DNA of 64,000 nt from Gammaproteobacteria bacterium (GTDB lineage: Bacteria; Pseudomonadota; Gammaproteobacteria; JASBUN01), in contig JASBUN010000046.1 of NCBI GenBank assembly GCA_030147845.1, forward strand, positions 64,430-128,429, given 5' to 3'. The notes beneath the pieces are model-generated. The model did not search any database, was not told the DNA's origin, and saw only the letters and a program-made list of their open reading frames with translations. This document shows, one piece after another, positions 48,999 to 59,826 of this stretch (position 1 is the stretch's first letter; the number at the start of each line of letters is the position of its first letter). The translations under genes were made by a program, and so were the position numbers.

Positions 48999-49961
48999 TC
49001 ATAAATTGAGCTCACCGAGTGCTTGCTTGAATGTGGGACTGTTTAATATTTTATTGATTTTATTACCATATTCTGGATCAGTAGCATAACCGGCGTGCTG
49101 CAGCGCGGCGCCTAGCTGGTGCGCGTTATCGACCGAACCGAGCGCCGCTCGATAACGTGGCGAACTTTTCAGCAGGCGAACATAGTCGTTAACACTCGCG
49201 GCGATGGAATCGTAGGCGCGGAACGTGTCGCGCTGCCGCTGCATCACGCCATTGTCAAATTCGAGTGTATCGGCTGCGACGCGCTTACCATCCCAATTGG
49301 TGCCGGCCTTGATACCGAACAGATTGAAACTGCTGCTACCATCGCTGTGGCGCAAAACGTGTTGCCCCCAGCCCGTTTCGAGCGCCGCCTGCGCGACGAT
49401 AGCCTGCGGTGCCAAACCGAGTTGACGCGCCGCCGATACGGCGTGCGTCCACAATGCGCGCACGAACTGCGTCGGGCTTGAAAACGGGGTATTACCCGGC
49501 GGCGCGTTAACGCCGGCGGCCGACGTCACCGCGCTATCCTTAGCCTTGGCCGCGGAGGCAATATTGGCGGAGGTGGCGGCCGCTACCGCCTGCGCACGAT
49601 AGGTCTGCAATTGATTTGCCGCGGGCGCCACAGGCGACGCTTCAGTCGACACCTGCCCGTTGTCACGGCGAAGTTGTCTGGCGATCACATCCGCTAAACC
49701 AATGCCTCCGCGTTGCGCCATGGTCAACGATATTTGTTGATCAAACATATCTCGATAGAATCGACTCTGATCGCTGCCGAATATCGGATCTTTAGTCGTC
49801 GCCGAACGCATGCTTTTGAGCATCATATTGACGAAAATAGCCTCAAACTGCTGCGCAGCAGCCCGAATTGCGGCCGGCGAATCCTTCTTCGCCTGACCAC
49901 GTAGCGCGTTGAGCTCGGAGAAATCGGTGTAAACCGCCGATGCAAATGTATCTACGCCCAT
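48999..49961 (-). CDS. flgJ: Flagellar rod assembly protein and peptidoglycan hydrolase FlgJ
   Basis: An N-terminal FlgJ domain plus a C-terminal glucosaminidase domain (AQAALETGWG...NLFGIKA). Confidence 0.85.
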   Translation of the reverse strand: MGVDTFASAVYTDFSELNALRGQAKKDSPAAIRAAAQQFEAIFVNMMLKSMRSATTKDPIFGSDQSRFYRDMFDQQISLTMAQRGGIGLADVIARQLRRDNGQVSTEASPVAPAANQLQTYRAQAVAAATSANIASAAKAKDSAVTSAAGVNAPPGNTPFSSPTQFVRALWTHAVSAARQLGLAPQAIVAQAALETGWGQHVLRHSDGSSSFNLFGIKAGTNWDGKRVAADTLEFDNGVMQRQRDTFRAYDSIAASVNDYVRLLKSSPRYRAALGSVDNAHQLGAALQHAGYATDPEYGNKINKILNSPTFKQALGELNL

Positions 49962-50098
49962 GGCCGCGCGCCTCGCACCCTACGATCCTGCAATGCGCAG
50001 ACCAGACTCGAACATGACAGCCTATGCACAGGCAAACCAGCCGTCGGCCCGGGCTTCTGGTTTGTTGTGCTGTGATGCGAATAAATCAAAGACGCCAC

Positions 50099-51226
50099 CT
50101 AAATCACAATCAATTCGGCACGCAAGGCGCCGGCCTGTTTGAGCGCCTCGAGTATTGCGACAATATCGCTCGGTGCGGCGCCAACCTGGTTGACCGCACG
50201 CACGATCGCATCGAGTTCGACCCCGGGGTTGAACAGGAACATGCGATTAGCTTCCTGTTTTACTTGTATCGTCGACGACGGAACGACCGTCGTGGTACCG
50301 TTCGACAACGGACCGGGCTGACTGACAATTGGGTTTTCGGTGATCGTCACCGTCAGATTACCGTGCGCAACCGCCGCCGCCATTACCCGCACATGACTAC
50401 CGATTACCACGGTGCCGGTGCGAGCATTGATGATAATGCGCGCCGGCGCTTCGCCGGGCCTGACGTTGATATTCTCCAGCAAAGACACAAAGGCGACGCG
50501 CTGAGCGGGATTGACGGGCGCGCTGACGCGAACCGACGCAGCGTCGACCGGGCTGGCTGTGCCCATACCAACAGCGTTGTTGATGGCGGTCGCGATGCGA
50601 TTGGCGGTGGTAAAATCAGCCGAATGCAAATCCAGCACGATCGAATTGCCGGTGTCGAATGACGTTGGCACGCCGCGTTCGATCACAGCGCCGTCCGGGA
50701 TGCGCCCGACAGTGGGAACATTTACTGTAACGCTCGAACCGCCGCGCCCTCCAGCACTGAAACCACCAACAATTAGACTGCCCTGCGCAATGGCGTACAC
50801 ACGTCCATCCGCACCCTTGAGTGGTGACATCAACAGGCTTCCGCCACGCAGGCTCTTAGCATTGCCAAGCGACGATACGGTGACATCAATGGTTTGACCA
50901 GGTTTGGCAAACGCAGGCAATTCCGCGTGAATGGAAACGGCAGCAACGTTTTTCAGCTGCGGCCGAATGTTGGGAGGAAGAGCAATGCCATAGCGCAGCA
51001 GCATGTTGTTTAAGCTCTGTATCGTAAATGGTGTCTGACTAGTCAAATCGCCAGTACGATCTAGACCAACCACCAAGCCGTAGCCAATCAATTGGTTACT
51101 ACGTACACCGGCGATGGAAGCCAGGTCCTTTACACGATCGGCCGAAGACGGCGCCGGCAGCAGTACCATCAGTACCACGGCCGCCGACAACCCACCCCGC
51201 ACAATTATTCGCCACATGCGCAACAC
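50099..51226 (-). CDS. flgI: Flagellar P-ring protein FlgI
   Basis: A 375-aa protein with a signal peptide and conserved FlgI sequence ([25 protein letters not shown]). Confidence 0.95.
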   Translation of the reverse strand: MLRMWRIIVRGGLSAAVVLMVLLPAPSSADRVKDLASIAGVRSNQLIGYGLVVGLDRTGDLTSQTPFTIQSLNNMLLRYGIALPPNIRPQLKNVAAVSIHAELPAFAKPGQTIDVTVSSLGNAKSLRGGSLLMSPLKGADGRVYAIAQGSLIVGGFSAGGRGGSSVTVNVPTVGRIPDGAVIERGVPTSFDTGNSIVLDLHSADFTTANRIATAINNAVGMGTASPVDAASVRVSAPVNPAQRVAFVSLLENINVRPGEAPARIIINARTGTVVIGSHVRVMAAAVAHGNLTVTITENPIVSQPGPLSNGTTTVVPSSTIQVKQEANRMFLFNPGVELDAIVRAVNQVGAAPSDIVAILEALKQAGALRAELIVI

Positions 51227-51238
51227 AGTAGTTATTCC

Positions 51239-51952
51239 TTAAAAGGGCCAAATTTTGCTGACAAAAAAGCGTGTCAACCAACCCATGGCATTGGAGTCAG
51301 CAACCGCTCCGCGCCCGGCATAGTTGATTTGCGCGTCGGCCACCAGCGTCGACGGCAAAGTGTTGCTGGACGAGATATCCGCCGGGCGAACGATGCCCGA
51401 TAGCTGCACATATTCTTCGCCCTGATTGAGCTTCAGGCGTTTCTGACCGCGCACCTCCAAGTTGCCGTTGGGTAGCACCTTGGTAACGGTGACACTGAGC
51501 GTGCCGGTCAATGTATTGCTTTGCGAACTGTCGCCGGCGCCACTGAAATCCGAACCCGTACTGATCGAGTTGTTGAGTATGTTCTTGCCGCCGTAGGTCA
51601 CACCCGCACCAAGCAAAGTCGGAATACCGGTATCCAGCGACGTCGATTTCTTGGTGGTGGTGCTCGCCTTCTTGCTGGCATTCGTACTTTCCACCAGCAC
51701 AATAGTCAGAATGTCGCCAACATGGCGCGCGCGGAGATCTTCGAATAACGGTTGCGCAGTATTATCGTGGTAGATCGCGCCGTTGTTGGTCGCAATTTGC
51801 TGGGGGTAAGCGGGCATGGCGGGCGCATACGATTGCGTCGGTTTTTGCTCCAGAGTGACGCAACCGGACAACAACGCCAGGCACGCGAGCATCAACGTCG
51901 AACCTGTGATCTTGTACCTGTCGGTCTTCATATGCCCGATCCCATGCGTCAA
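51239..51952 (-). CDS. flgH: Flagellar L-ring lipoprotein FlgH
   Basis: A 237-aa protein with a lipobox (LLSGC). Confidence 0.9.
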   Translation of the reverse strand: MTHGIGHMKTDRYKITGSTLMLACLALLSGCVTLEQKPTQSYAPAMPAYPQQIATNNGAIYHDNTAQPLFEDLRARHVGDILTIVLVESTNASKKASTTTKKSTSLDTGIPTLLGAGVTYGGKNILNNSISTGSDFSGAGDSSQSNTLTGTLSVTVTKVLPNGNLEVRGQKRLKLNQGEEYVQLSGIVRPADISSSNTLPSTLVADAQINYAGRGAVADSNAMGWLTRFFVSKIWPF

Positions 51953-51994
51953 TAAACCAGCGTTAGTGCAGAGTAATGCCAGAAACGTGCCAGA

Positions 51995-52780
51995 CTACAG
52001 ACGCTGCGACACGTACTGCAGCATACTGTCGGCTGTCGATATGGCCTTGGAGTTCATTTCGTAGGCGCGCTGCGTTTCAATCATGTCAACCAATTCCTGC
52101 ACCACGTTGACATTAGAGCTTTCCAAAAAACCCTGGCTCAGGGTACCGAGACCATTCAGCCCCGGGGTGCCGGCCTGCGGCGAGCCACTGGCGGCAGATT
52201 CGGTGTATAAGTTCTGCCCGATCGGCTGCAAGCCGGCCGGGTTGACGAAATCCGCCAACTGGATGTTACCGACCTGCGTCGGCGCGGTCGTACCCGGCGT
52301 CGTCACGCTGACGACGCCATCGCTGCCGATGGTGACAGACTGGGCATTGGTCGGAATGCTGATCGTCGGTTGCATGGTATAGCCGGCCGCGGTTACCAAT
52401 TGTCCCTGATTGTCCAACTTGAAAGAACCATCGCGCGTATAGGCCAAGGTACCATCAGGCATCAACACTTGCAGAAAACCACGCCCCTGAATCGCCACAT
52501 CAAGATTGTTGTCAGTCTTGGTCAACCCCCCCTGGGTAAACAACTTCTCGGTCGATACGCTCTGCACGCCCGTGCCTAAGGACAGACCCGATGGCAACTG
52601 CGTAACCTGGGAAGACTGCGCGCCGACTTGACGCACGTTCTGATACAGCAGGTCCTGGAATACCGCTCGCGCACGCTTGAACCCGGTGGTATTGGCATTG
52701 GCGAGATTATTGGTAATCACCGACAAGCGTGTCTGCTGCGCGTCGACACCGGTTTTCGCAATCCATAATGCTGAATCCAT
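51995..52780 (-). CDS. flgG: Distal rod protein FlgG
   Basis: A 261-aa protein with conserved FlgG termini. Confidence 0.95.
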   Translation of the reverse strand: MDSALWIAKTGVDAQQTRLSVITNNLANANTTGFKRARAVFQDLLYQNVRQVGAQSSQVTQLPSGLSLGTGVQSVSTEKLFTQGGLTKTDNNLDVAIQGRGFLQVLMPDGTLAYTRDGSFKLDNQGQLVTAAGYTMQPTISIPTNAQSVTIGSDGVVSVTTPGTTAPTQVGNIQLADFVNPAGLQPIGQNLYTESAASGSPQAGTPGLNGLGTLSQGFLESSNVNVVQELVDMIETQRAYEMNSKAISTADSMLQYVSQRL

Positions 52781-52844
52781 GTCCGTTCTCCTCTACCTGT
52801 CTTTCTTTGACCGCTAACGCCGGATTAAGCGCAGCATTTAGCCG

Positions 52845-53582
52845 TTAAGGCGCTATGATCGCCGCAGCAACGGCATCGTTGTCTTTAGACGTGCGCATGA
52901 CGTTGACCTGCATTTCGTACTGACGTGAAAGCTCGATCATGCGCACCATGGAACCAATCGCGCTGACGTTACTCGACTCCAACTTACCACTGATCAGGCG
53001 CACCGATGCGTCGGCGGCGACACGCGTCGGATTTTTCATACGCAATAGCCCTTGTTCATTTTTCATTAACTGATCCGCAGGCGGATTGACCAGCTTGATG
53101 CGGTCGACCACGGCCAGGGTCGAAGCCGCTTGTCCAACCGGTAGTACCGAGATGGTGCCGTCCTCGCCAATGTCGATCTTCTGTGATGGCGGAACGGCGA
53201 TGGGGCCGGAATTACCGAGCACCGGATCGCCTTCCGCCGTCTGCAGTTGCCCCGAATCCGTCAATTTAAGATTTCCCGCCCGCGTGTAAGCCTCTGTACC
53301 GTTTTTGGCTTGCACCGCAATAAAGCCTTTGCCGGCAATCGCGACATCCAGGGAACGACCGGTTGAAATTGTTTCACCCTCGCCGAGCTTTACACCGGCG
53401 CCATCATCTTGCGCATAGACGCGGCTCGGATAACCCGGCCCATACACCGGCAACGCGCGTATCGATTCCATATCCGCGCGAAATCCGGCCGTGTTCAGGT
53501 TGGCCAGATTATTGTTATTGACCGTCTGCGCCCTCATGAGCTGACTGGCGCCGGACATGGCGATGTAGATCAAGCGGTCCAT
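52845..53582 (-). CDS. flgF: Proximal rod protein FlgF
   Basis: A 245-aa protein in the flg rod family. Confidence 0.9.
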   Translation of the reverse strand: MDRLIYIAMSGASQLMRAQTVNNNNLANLNTAGFRADMESIRALPVYGPGYPSRVYAQDDGAGVKLGEGETISTGRSLDVAIAGKGFIAVQAKNGTEAYTRAGNLKLTDSGQLQTAEGDPVLGNSGPIAVPPSQKIDIGEDGTISVLPVGQAASTLAVVDRIKLVNPPADQLMKNEQGLLRMKNPTRVAADASVRLISGKLESSNVSAIGSMVRMIELSRQYEMQVNVMRTSKDNDAVAAAIIAP

Positions 53583-53620
53583 TCAGTGATATCCCCTAGG
53601 TGTCACGTCTACGCGTCCAT

Positions 53621-54859
53621 TTAGCGTATCTGGATGATGGTCTGGGTTACGGCGTCGGAAGTTCTGATGACTTGCGCATTGGCCTGGAAGTTGCGCTGCG
53701 CCGTGATCATGCTGACCAGTTGTCCGGTCAAATCAACGTTGGAACCTTCCAATGCGCCGGACTGAACCTGACCCAAACTACCGGTGTTCGGTGCGCCGAC
53801 CAAAGCGGAACCAGAGTCATACGTTTCCGCCCAAGCCGTATCGCCGAGCTGACGCAGACCCTGGGGATTGGCGAAATTGGCCAGCGCCACCTGCGCCAGC
53901 GTTTTCGACTGACCGTTGGTGTAACGCGCCGTGACCACGCCCTCGTTGTTGATATCCACACCGCTCAGGCGACCGGTACCGTAGCCGTTCTGGGTTGATG
54001 TGTTGACCGCGAAATTGCTGCCATACTGCGACATGCCGCCAAGATCCATGGCGATAGAGTAAGGAGCGGAACCGGCTGAACCTGGAATCGTGCCGGTACT
54101 GACGACACCCGTTGAAGTCAACTTGCCAGCACTGTCGAACGTCAACAGCCGGTCGCCATTGGTACCCAGATCCGGTGCGCCGGCGGCCGCGTTTACCTTG
54201 GTGCCATCGACGGTCATGAACATACTCCAGGCCGAAGGGCCGGTATGCACGAAATACTGACTGGTCAGGCGCGGGTTGCCGAGGCTGTCGTAAGACGTAA
54301 ATGTGGTCGAGTTGTTGTACGTACTGGGGTCGGTCGGGTTGAACGCGGCCGCGGACAAAGTGGATGCGCGCGAATCCAGATTGGCTTGCAATGTGCTCTT
54401 ACTCGTCACCTGCGGCGCCAGGTCAGCGGTACTGAGTTGGAGGTCGCTCAGCGCGCCGGTGATGGTGCCGTTGGTGTCGGCCGCATAGGCGGTCAAACGC
54501 TGACTTTTGCTGTTAACCACATAACCGTTGCGATCCACGCCAAAAGCGCCCGAACGGCTGTAAACATTCACACCGTTGTCGTTGAGCCGGAAAAAACCGC
54601 CGCCGCTAATGGCCAGATCCAAGTTGTTGTTGGTAAAACTGACATTGCCTTGGTTGAATTCCTGACTGACTGCGGCCACTTTTACGCCGCTACCGATGGC
54701 ATTCGCAGTAATACCTAGATTGCTTGCCGCATAGATGTCGGCGAACTGCGCGCGCGACTGTTTGAAACCTGTGGTGCTGGCATTGGCGATATTGTTGCCG
54801 ATGACGCGCAGTTCCGACGACGCCGCGTTAAGACCACTCAATGCGATACGAAATGTCAT
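53621..54859 (-). CDS. flgE: Flagellar hook protein FlgE
   Basis: A 412-aa protein with conserved hook termini. Confidence 0.9.
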   Translation of the reverse strand: MTFRIALSGLNAASSELRVIGNNIANASTTGFKQSRAQFADIYAASNLGITANAIGSGVKVAAVSQEFNQGNVSFTNNNLDLAISGGGFFRLNDNGVNVYSRSGAFGVDRNGYVVNSKSQRLTAYAADTNGTITGALSDLQLSTADLAPQVTSKSTLQANLDSRASTLSAAAFNPTDPSTYNNSTTFTSYDSLGNPRLTSQYFVHTGPSAWSMFMTVDGTKVNAAAGAPDLGTNGDRLLTFDSAGKLTSTGVVSTGTIPGSAGSAPYSIAMDLGGMSQYGSNFAVNTSTQNGYGTGRLSGVDINNEGVVTARYTNGQSKTLAQVALANFANPQGLRQLGDTAWAETYDSGSALVGAPNTGSLGQVQSGALEGSNVDLTGQLVSMITAQRNFQANAQVIRTSDAVTQTIIQIR

Positions 54860-54883
54860 GATGGATCCCTCTTAAAGATTTAA

Positions 54884-55549
54884 CTAGCGGATTTCACTCA
54901 GCTGAGAGAACGCCGTTGCGCCGAGCCCGGCGAGGTTGACTTGAATATCCTGTCCGGTTTTGGAGAACTGCACGCTGTCGACACGTGTCTGCGACAAGTT
55001 CGCCGCTTGTACGCTGCTGCCGCCGGACGAAGCCTCAATCTTGATTTGATACAAACCCGGGGGTGCCGACGCACCGCTGCTGGTCAAGCCATCCCAGTGA
55101 TAGTTGACTTGTCCGGCCGCCTGGCTACCGAGCGGCAGTTGGCGAACCAGCGCACCACTGGCATCGTATATATCGACATTCACCGCGGCAGCGCCGGTGG
55201 ACAGCGTGGCCGCCCCATCCATGCCATTGCTGCCCAACACGCCGACGTTCGAGGGCACCAAAACGTTGCGCCCAACCAATCCGGTGGCCTGCATCGTGTT
55301 ATTGGATGTCAACGAAGTCGCCAACGACGCGAACGATTTCTGCAAATCCTGAATACCCTGCACGGTACCGAACTGCGCGATCTGAGTCATGAACTCGCCG
55401 CTCTGCATGGGCTGCGTCGGGTCCTGGTTTTGCATCTGCGCGGTCATCAGCTTGAGAAAATCACTCTGGCCCAATTGATTGCTGGGCTGGCTGGCCTGCG
55501 GCGCGCTCAAACCGAGGCTTTGTAGCGCCGTCGTGTCGATAGTGCTCAT
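54884..55549 (-). CDS. flgD: Hook capping protein FlgD
   Basis: A 221-aa protein located between flgC and flgE. Confidence 0.85.
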   Translation of the reverse strand: MSTIDTTALQSLGLSAPQASQPSNQLGQSDFLKLMTAQMQNQDPTQPMQSGEFMTQIAQFGTVQGIQDLQKSFASLATSLTSNNTMQATGLVGRNVLVPSNVGVLGSNGMDGAATLSTGAAAVNVDIYDASGALVRQLPLGSQAAGQVNYHWDGLTSSGASAPPGLYQIKIEASSGGSSVQAANLSQTRVDSVQFSKTGQDIQVNLAGLGATAFSQLSEIR

Positions 55550-55577
55550 GATGTTGCCCTCTTATCGTATTGCATCG

Positions 55578-55991
55578 TTACTTGCCCAAATTCAACGTGG
55601 CCAACAATAGTTGCTTGGTCGTTTTCAGTACATTGACGTTGTTCTGGAAACTGCGAGAGGCGGAAATCATATTCGCCATCTCTTCGATCGGATTAACATT
55701 CGACCGATAGACATAGCCTTGTTTGTTCGCCAAAGGATTACCGGGATCGTAACTGCGCACCGGCGCGGTCTGCTTTTCGACAATGCCGGCAACTTGTACA
55801 CCCACCGCCGACGGATCACCGCGTACGCCTGACATCACGGCCGCGAACACCGGGTCACGCGCTTTGTAGACTTGATTAGGATCACCGCTGACACTGTTAG
55901 CGTTGGCCAGATTACTGGCGACCGTGTTCAAGCGCAGACTCTGGGCCGACATGCCCGATCCGGCAATATTGAAAACATTGAATAAGGACAT
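55578..55991 (-). CDS. flgC: Rod protein FlgC
   Basis: A 137-aa protein containing SGMSAQSLRLNTVASNLANANS. Confidence 0.95.
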   Translation of the reverse strand: MSLFNVFNIAGSGMSAQSLRLNTVASNLANANSVSGDPNQVYKARDPVFAAVMSGVRGDPSAVGVQVAGIVEKQTAPVRSYDPGNPLANKQGYVYRSNVNPIEEMANMISASRSFQNNVNVLKTTKQLLLATLNLGK

Positions 55992-55994
55992 GGT

Positions 55995-56390
55995 TTAAGT
56001 ACCCCGGAACGCGCTGATCAATGATTTGAAACGTCCGCCAAGTATTTCCAGCGTGGCCTGATAACGCACCGCGTTGTCGGCGAATTTGGCCTGTTCCACT
56101 TGTACGTCGACGGTGTTGCCGTCCAACGATGGCTGCGATGGCACGCGATACAACAAACCGCCGTCGACCGATGACAGATCAGCCGGCTGAATATGGTCGG
56201 GTTGTGTCGTCGCGAGCTTCTCCGTCGTGCCCATGGCCTGCCCCAGTGCGCTTTTGAAATCCAGATCGCGCGCTTTATAGTTCGGCGTATCGGCGTTGGC
56301 GAGGTTGGCCGCCAAAATCTCGGATCGGCGCGCGCGCAGCATCAACGCGGCTTCATGATTTCCAAGGACAGAGTTGAAACTGATCGGCAT
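55995..56390 (-). CDS. flgB: Rod protein FlgB
   Basis: A 131-aa protein and the first gene of the flgB operon. Confidence 0.9.
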   Translation of the reverse strand: MPISFNSVLGNHEAALMLRARRSEILAANLANADTPNYKARDLDFKSALGQAMGTTEKLATTQPDHIQPADLSSVDGGLLYRVPSQPSLDGNTVDVQVEQAKFADNAVRYQATLEILGGRFKSLISAFRGT

Positions 56391-56427
56391 GACTGACTCC
56401 GGCTATACGGTTCTTGACAGAACTAAA

Positions 56428-56442
56428 GCAATTGCCGTGCCA
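56428..56442 (-). promoter_or_regulatory. Sigma54 promoter TGGCAC-ggcaa-TTGC upstream of flgB.
   Basis: A perfect consensus about 40 nt upstream of flgB. Confidence 0.65.
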
Positions 56443-56565
56443 GAGTAGAATATTGTTCTAATTCATATTGTTATAATTGAAGAAAAGCGAGTGATAGGGA
56501 CCACCGGCAAGCGCGCGCCTACTAGGCGGCAATAATTGCAGCCTACGGCAAAGCGCCTGAAGCAA

Positions 56566-57399
56566 TCAGCTCTTGAGCTGATAAATGACGCCGCCGGGGT
56601 GTCGAATCATATCGAAGGCTTCGCTGAAACCGCTGACCGACTCCGAGCCGCCGAGAAAAAGATAGCCACCGGTGTTGAGCGACTTGGCCATCCGTCCGGC
56701 GATATCGCGCTTGGAGTCCGAAGAAAAGTAGATCAACACGTTACGACAGAAGATGACATCGAAGCGTCCCAGTAAAGCAAAACTCTGCAGCAAATTGAGA
56801 TCACGAAACTGTACCCGGGAGCGGATAGCAGGAATCACTTCCCAGGCGCCATCGCGTTCTTGAAAATAGCGCTTCTTGCGCTCCGGCGACAGACCACGCG
56901 CCATTGCCAACGCATCGTAACGGCCGGTGCGGGCAGCCCGCAACATGGCCGGCGAAATATCGGTGGCGACGATCTGCACATCGGCCGTCAGTGCTCCAGG
57001 ATTAGCCATCTGGTACTCGTGCGCGGTCATGGCGAGGGAATACGGTTCTTGCCCCGACGAGCAGGCAGCCGACCAAAGCCGAATCGTGCTTTGTCGACGC
57101 TTGGCCATTTCTGGAAGTACGCGTTCGCGTAGAACCTGGTATGGGTGGGAGTCGCGGAACCACGAAGTTTCGTTTGTGGTCATGGCCTCGACGATGCGGT
57201 CACGTAATTCCGGCGAGCGTCGATGCTTAAGCGCAGTAATCAAGCTGCCAAGCGAATCGAGCTCGTATTCACTGAGAATACGACTCAACCGGCTGGATAC
57301 AAGATATTGTTTATTGTCACCCAGCACGATGCCGCACGCCTTCTCGAGGAAGTCGCGGAAATCGAGATACTCTTCTTGCGTAATGGAATGAGGGGCCAC
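56566..57399 (-). CDS. cheR: Chemotaxis methyltransferase CheR
   Basis: A 277-aa protein with a CheR N-domain and a SAM-binding fold. Confidence 0.9.
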   Translation of the reverse strand: MAPHSITQEEYLDFRDFLEKACGIVLGDNKQYLVSSRLSRILSEYELDSLGSLITALKHRRSPELRDRIVEAMTTNETSWFRDSHPYQVLRERVLPEMAKRRQSTIRLWSAACSSGQEPYSLAMTAHEYQMANPGALTADVQIVATDISPAMLRAARTGRYDALAMARGLSPERKKRYFQERDGAWEVIPAIRSRVQFRDLNLLQSFALLGRFDVIFCRNVLIYFSSDSKRDIAGRMAKSLNTGGYLFLGGSESVSGFSEAFDMIRHPGGVIYQLKS

Positions 57400-57535
57400 C
57401 GATAATTACTCGACTTGCAAATATCTCATGCGCAACGCCACCGCATTTGCGGCCGCGCCTGATGTTTACGACGACCGCCGGCGGACGCCGAGCACAGGTT
57501 AACAGGAAGCGCCGACCGCGACGCGCTACGAAGCC

Positions 57536-58459
57536 TCAGCGTGTGCCAATCTCGTTAAGAGCCGACATAACGCCAGTTGCCAATTCGTCGGCATTGAACT
57601 TGGCAATAAATTGATCCGCGCCAACTTTGTCGACCATGGCATTATTAAACACGCCGCTCAATGATGTATGGAGGAGGATATACAAACCCTGCAGCCGCGG
57701 GTCGCCCCGCACGGCCTTGGTCAAAGTGTAGCCATCCATCTCCGGCATTTCGATATCAGAAATAACCATGGCAATGCGCTCGTGCACCGCGCCTTCGTCC
57801 GCCCATTGGCTCAAAATATCGAACGCCTCACGGCCATTCTTGGCCAATGTGCTCTGCATGCCAATTTGATCGAGTGTGCGTTTAACCTGGTTGCGCGCAA
57901 CGCTGGAATCGTCGACCACAAGGATATGTTTCGGCAAGGAACTGTCGGTCGTACTTACTAAGCCTTCAGAAATATGGTCGATTTGCCCCACCACTTCGGC
58001 CAATACTTTTTCGACGTCGATAATTTCAACCAGCTTTTCGTCGATCCGGGTGACTGCGGTCAGGTAGCTGGCGGTACCCGAGCCTTTCGGCGGCGGCAGG
58101 ATCTCTTCCCAGTTCATATTAATGATGCGATCGACGCCCTCGACCAAAAAGCCCTGGGTCTTGCGATTGTATTCGGTGATGATGACATAGCAGCGAGTCA
58201 AATCATCGACGCCACGCAGGCCTACGGCCATGCCTAAATCGATTACCGGAATAGTCTTGCCGCGCATACTGGCGATGCCACGCACAACGCGGTGAGATTT
58301 TGGCACCTTGGTCAGCGCCGGGCATTGAATCACTTCCTGGACTTTAAACACATTAATACCAAACACCTGTTTGGTGCCCAGGCGAAACAGCAATAATTCC
58401 AGGCGGTTGTGCCCGGCCAAGCGTGTGCGTTGATCAACACTGTCCAGCACCCCAACCAT
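57536..58459 (-). CDS. cheV: CheW-like and receiver-domain coupling protein CheV
   Basis: An N-terminal CheW domain plus a C-terminal receiver domain (ILVVDDSSVAR...ISDIEMPEMDG). Confidence 0.85.
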   Translation of the reverse strand: MVGVLDSVDQRTRLAGHNRLELLLFRLGTKQVFGINVFKVQEVIQCPALTKVPKSHRVVRGIASMRGKTIPVIDLGMAVGLRGVDDLTRCYVIITEYNRKTQGFLVEGVDRIINMNWEEILPPPKGSGTASYLTAVTRIDEKLVEIIDVEKVLAEVVGQIDHISEGLVSTTDSSLPKHILVVDDSSVARNQVKRTLDQIGMQSTLAKNGREAFDILSQWADEGAVHERIAMVISDIEMPEMDGYTLTKAVRGDPRLQGLYILLHTSLSGVFNNAMVDKVGADQFIAKFNADELATGVMSALNEIGTR

Positions 58460-58639
58460 GTATCGTCTCCCCGAAGTGAATTAGGCTTGCCAACATATCG
58501 GCACTGCCCCGACGGTTCTGAAGCTCCAAGCGGGCGGCACGAGATTTGCAGTAACTCCTGCGAAGACGGTGTTCGGCGGTAAATTCGCCGGAAAATTGAC
58601 GAAATACCGGGCGCGGGCCACTACGTTGCTGACAACTCA

Positions 58640-59398
58640 TTGAATACAATTGAAATGTGTAAGCACTACCAACTTAGATTGATTGCGCGAGCCGCCCAGC
58701 ACCTCGGTCACGTGGTGCTATTCGGACTTATCATTGCGCTGACGCTGGGCTCCGCCCGCGCTGACAGCGGGCGGCAGAGCGCCGCCAGCATCCGCGCCGC
58801 CGTACACGCCTATCTGGTCACGCAACTGCGCAAGGATCACGACAAATTCACGGTGACGGTCGGTGACCTCGATCCGCGCCTGCAATTACCGCGCTGCCAA
58901 ACTGCGTTGTCGGCGTTCGCCACCGGCACCCAGCGCCTAATCGGCGCGACCACGGTGGGAATACGTTGCAATGGCGCAAAACCATGGACGCTGTATGTAT
59001 CTGCGCGTACCAGCGTATTCGAGAAAGTCCTGGTCACGGCCTATAGCCTGCGGCGGAATCATGTGCTTACTGCGGCCGATATACGTCTCGAGCGGCGCGA
59101 TTTGGCAACGCTGCCGCGAGCGGTACTGGAACAGCCGAAGCAGGCCATCGGCCAGGTCCTGCGACGCTCGCTGGACGGCGGTCAGACGCTGAGTTTCGAT
59201 TTCTTGAGTCCGCCGCGCTTGGTGCGGCGCGGACAACGAGTTACACTAATGGCAATGGCTGGCGGCGTGGAAGTACGCATGGGCGGAAAAGCGCTCAATG
59301 ACGGCGCCAAGGGCGACGTCATCCGCGTGCGCAACACCAGTTCGAAGCGCATCGTGCAAGGCACGGTGGTAGCCGCCGGCAGAGTTCAGGTACGCTGA
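58640..59398 (+). CDS. flgA: P-ring assembly chaperone FlgA
   Basis: A signal peptide and a SAF/FlgA domain. It is divergent from cheV. Confidence 0.8.
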   Translation: MNTIEMCKHYQLRLIARAAQHLGHVVLFGLIIALTLGSARADSGRQSAASIRAAVHAYLVTQLRKDHDKFTVTVGDLDPRLQLPRCQTALSAFATGTQRLIGATTVGIRCNGAKPWTLYVSARTSVFEKVLVTAYSLRRNHVLTAADIRLERRDLATLPRAVLEQPKQAIGQVLRRSLDGGQTLSFDFLSPPRLVRRGQRVTLMAMAGGVEVRMGGKALNDGAKGDVIRVRNTSSKRIVQGTVVAAGRVQVR

Positions 59399-59432
59399 TC
59401 CCCCACACAGCGTGAGTTCGGTGCAGTAGCCC

Positions 59433-59459
59433 TAAAGCTTAGCGGGCCGCGGCCGATAT
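59433..59459 (+). promoter_or_regulatory. Sigma28 promoter TAAAGCTT-N11-GCCGATAT upstream of flgMN.
   Basis: Each element matches the TAAAGTTT-N11-GCCGATAA consensus at 7 of 8 positions, with the correct spacing. It lies about 45 nt upstream of flgM. Confidence 0.65.
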
Positions 59460-59502
59460 AGGAGTGTGCAAGACTCTACTTACGAGTCAGGAGACATCAG
59501 CA

Positions 59503-59826
59503 ATGTCTATAGAAATCAATAAGTCAGGTGACCAAATCGCAGCCAGCGCGAGTCGCGCCAGCCAAACGACGCCGACTCAAACCGAAGCCGCGAAAACCAC
59601 CGAGCAGAGCCAGCAGACGCGCGCAAACGATACCGTCAGTCTGACCGGGACGGCGAAGCAGTTGCACAAACTCGAAAGCCTGCTGAAGGATATCCCGGTG
59701 GTCGATACGCAGCGCGTCGAGCAGACGCGCACCGCGGTCAACAACGGCTCCTACGTCGTGCATGCCGGCAACGTGGCCAAGAAGCTCACCCAATTCGAAG
59801 CCTACCTGCCCAGCGCCAACCAATGA
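59503..59826 (+). CDS. flgM: Anti-sigma-28 factor FlgM
   Basis: The protein begins MSIEINK and has a conserved C-terminal sigma28-binding helix. A GGAGA ribosome-binding site precedes it. The ORF in the supplied track starts further upstream. Confidence 0.8.
   Translation: MSIEINKSGDQIAASASRASQTTPTQTEAAKTTEQSQQTRANDTVSLTGTAKQLHKLESLLKDIPVVDTQRVEQTRTAVNNGSYVVHAGNVAKKLTQFEAYLPSANQ

Noticed and set aside
58459-58640. A possible sigma28 promoter for cheV (GCCGATAT at about 58494-58501, minus strand).
   Set aside because: The -10-like element is present, but the sequence at the -35 position (TCAGAACC) does not resemble TAAAGTTT, so I did not call it.
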